A stretch of DNA of 60,469 bases, filler included. It is 3 parts of 3 records of this genome, joined end to end, with 100 filler letters (N's around TTAATTAATTAA, not from the genome) between each part and the next. Parts side by side here need not be neighbours in the genome. Positions count along the whole stretch, not along the records: positions 45,250 to 60,469 come from SRR20825019_290; 2 more parts are not named here. One strand, given 5' to 3'. Each line of letters starts with the position of its first letter. Positions within the stretch are counted from its first letter, which is position 1. The notes under the pieces were generated by a model that worked only from the letters and a program-made list of their open reading frames with translations, was not told where the DNA came from and searched no databases. Positions 58,805-60,469 of this stretch are shown here, piece by piece. A program made the position numbers and the translations under genes.

Positions 58805-59618
58805 AACGTAGACCCCCATCGGGGAAGTCGGGTGCTGCGTTTTGGTCAAACCGGCTTTCGGATAGAAGTTCGGCCTCGGGCAGTGATAGTCGATCCGCCA
58901 GTGAAATGACGCGGCCAATGACGATCATGCAGGGCGGATCAAAATCCAGCCGGTTCAGGTCGTCACAGACATTGCCCAATGTGCTGCGGAAATGTCTTTG
59001 ATCCGGTGTTGAACCATTTTCGATAATCATCACCGGCGTATCGGTGGGCAGCCCATGTTCAAGCAGTTTGCCCGCGATTACCGGCATGGTTTTGACCCCC
59101 ATGTAAATCGCAAGCGTAGTGTCCGGATCGGCCAAAGAACGCCAGTCGTGATGGGGTTCTGCGTCTGCCTGCATGTGACCGGTGACAAAACGTACACTGG
59201 TTGCCAGACCGCGATGGGTCAGCGGTAGATTAAGTTGTGCCATGCATCCTGCGGCGGCTGTAATTCCGGGAACAACTTCAAACGGAACATCATGCAGGCT
59301 GAGCCATTCTGCCTCTTCACCCCCGCGTCCGAAAATATACGGATCCCCGCCTTTCAGACGAACGATGTGGCAATGTTTTCTGGCCATATGAACCAGAAGC
59401 GTATTGATTTCGGACTGCTTCAGGCTGTGGGATCCTGTGGATTTTCCGACATAAACGCGTTCTGCAAACGGGTTGGCCAGTTCAAGTATTTCATCGGAGA
59501 CAAGCCGGTCATAGATAACGGCATCCGCGCGGTCGAGAAGGCGTGCTGCCTTGATGGTCAGCAATTCAGGATCGCCTGGCCCGGCTCCGACAAGATAAAT
59601 ACGCCCGGATTTTTGCAT
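58788..59618 (-). CDS. nirE: Uroporphyrinogen-III C-methyltransferase NirE
   Basis: VGAGPGDPELLT, RLKGGDPYIFGRGGEE and VPGITAA motifs. Confidence 0.95.
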   Translation of the reverse strand: MQKSGRIYLVGAGPGDPELLTIKAARLLDRADAVIYDRLVSDEILELANPFAERVYVGKSTGSHSLKQSEINTLLVHMARKHCHIVRLKGGDPYIFGRGGEEAEWLSLHDVPFEVVPGITAAAGCMAQLNLPLTHRGLATSVRFVTGHMQADAEPHHDWRSLADPDTTLAIYMGVKTMPVIAGKLLEHGLPTDTPVMIIENGSTPDQRHFRSTLGNVCDDLNRLDFDPPCMIVIGRVISLADRLSLPEAELLSESRFDQNAAPDFPDGGLRYAHTA

Positions 59619-59659
59619 GGCTTTTCCCCTGTTTTGGCAAGGTTTCAAATGCGGGAAGT

Positions 59660-59683
59660 CCGGAGGCCGTGGATGGCCTCCGG
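59660..59683 (-). other. Hairpin immediately after nirS
   Basis: Minus strand CCGGAGGCC-ATCCAC-GGCCTCCGG, no U tract. Confidence 0.6.
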
Positions 59684-59692
59684 TTCTGCAGA

Positions 59693-60469
<777 letters not shown>

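Overview
The window is three unrelated contigs joined by two artificial 100-nt linkers (44 N + TTAATTAATTAA + 44 N) at 14934-15033 and 45150-45249. Taxon calls below are inferred from protein style and gene order, not from a search. Contig 1 (1-14933, Marinobacter-like gammaproteobacterium) is housekeeping: gamma-carbonic anhydrase, sulfatase-like protein, Hsp20, a PomAB-type stator pair, aroE, hemF, tsaC, dprA, LysM, def, fmt, rsmB, trkA and partial glyQ. Contig 2 (15034-45149, high-GC alphaproteobacterium) has three modules. (i) Nitrogen: nasT-nasS-nrtA runs divergently from an FNT channel, a PP2C-phosphatase/Ser-Thr-kinase fusion and cyanase. Both the nrtA and FNT leaders carry ANTAR-type hairpins, and the fusion gene has an in-frame TAG in its first phosphatase motif. 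(ii) Iron: a Fur-boxed FecI/FecR/TonB-receptor/esterase/FhuCDB locus. (iii) Surface glycan: a Wzm/Wzt cluster with two sulfotransferases, preceded by a decayed tRNA and the 3' end of initiator tRNA-Met. Contig 3 (45250-60469, Thalassospira-like) is a denitrification cluster: ubiT-like, ric, norCBQDEF, and convergent nirSECFDLGHJN, with FNR/DNR boxes. The best candidate for an under-described system is the ANTAR-gated FNT-phosphatase/kinase-cyanase operon.
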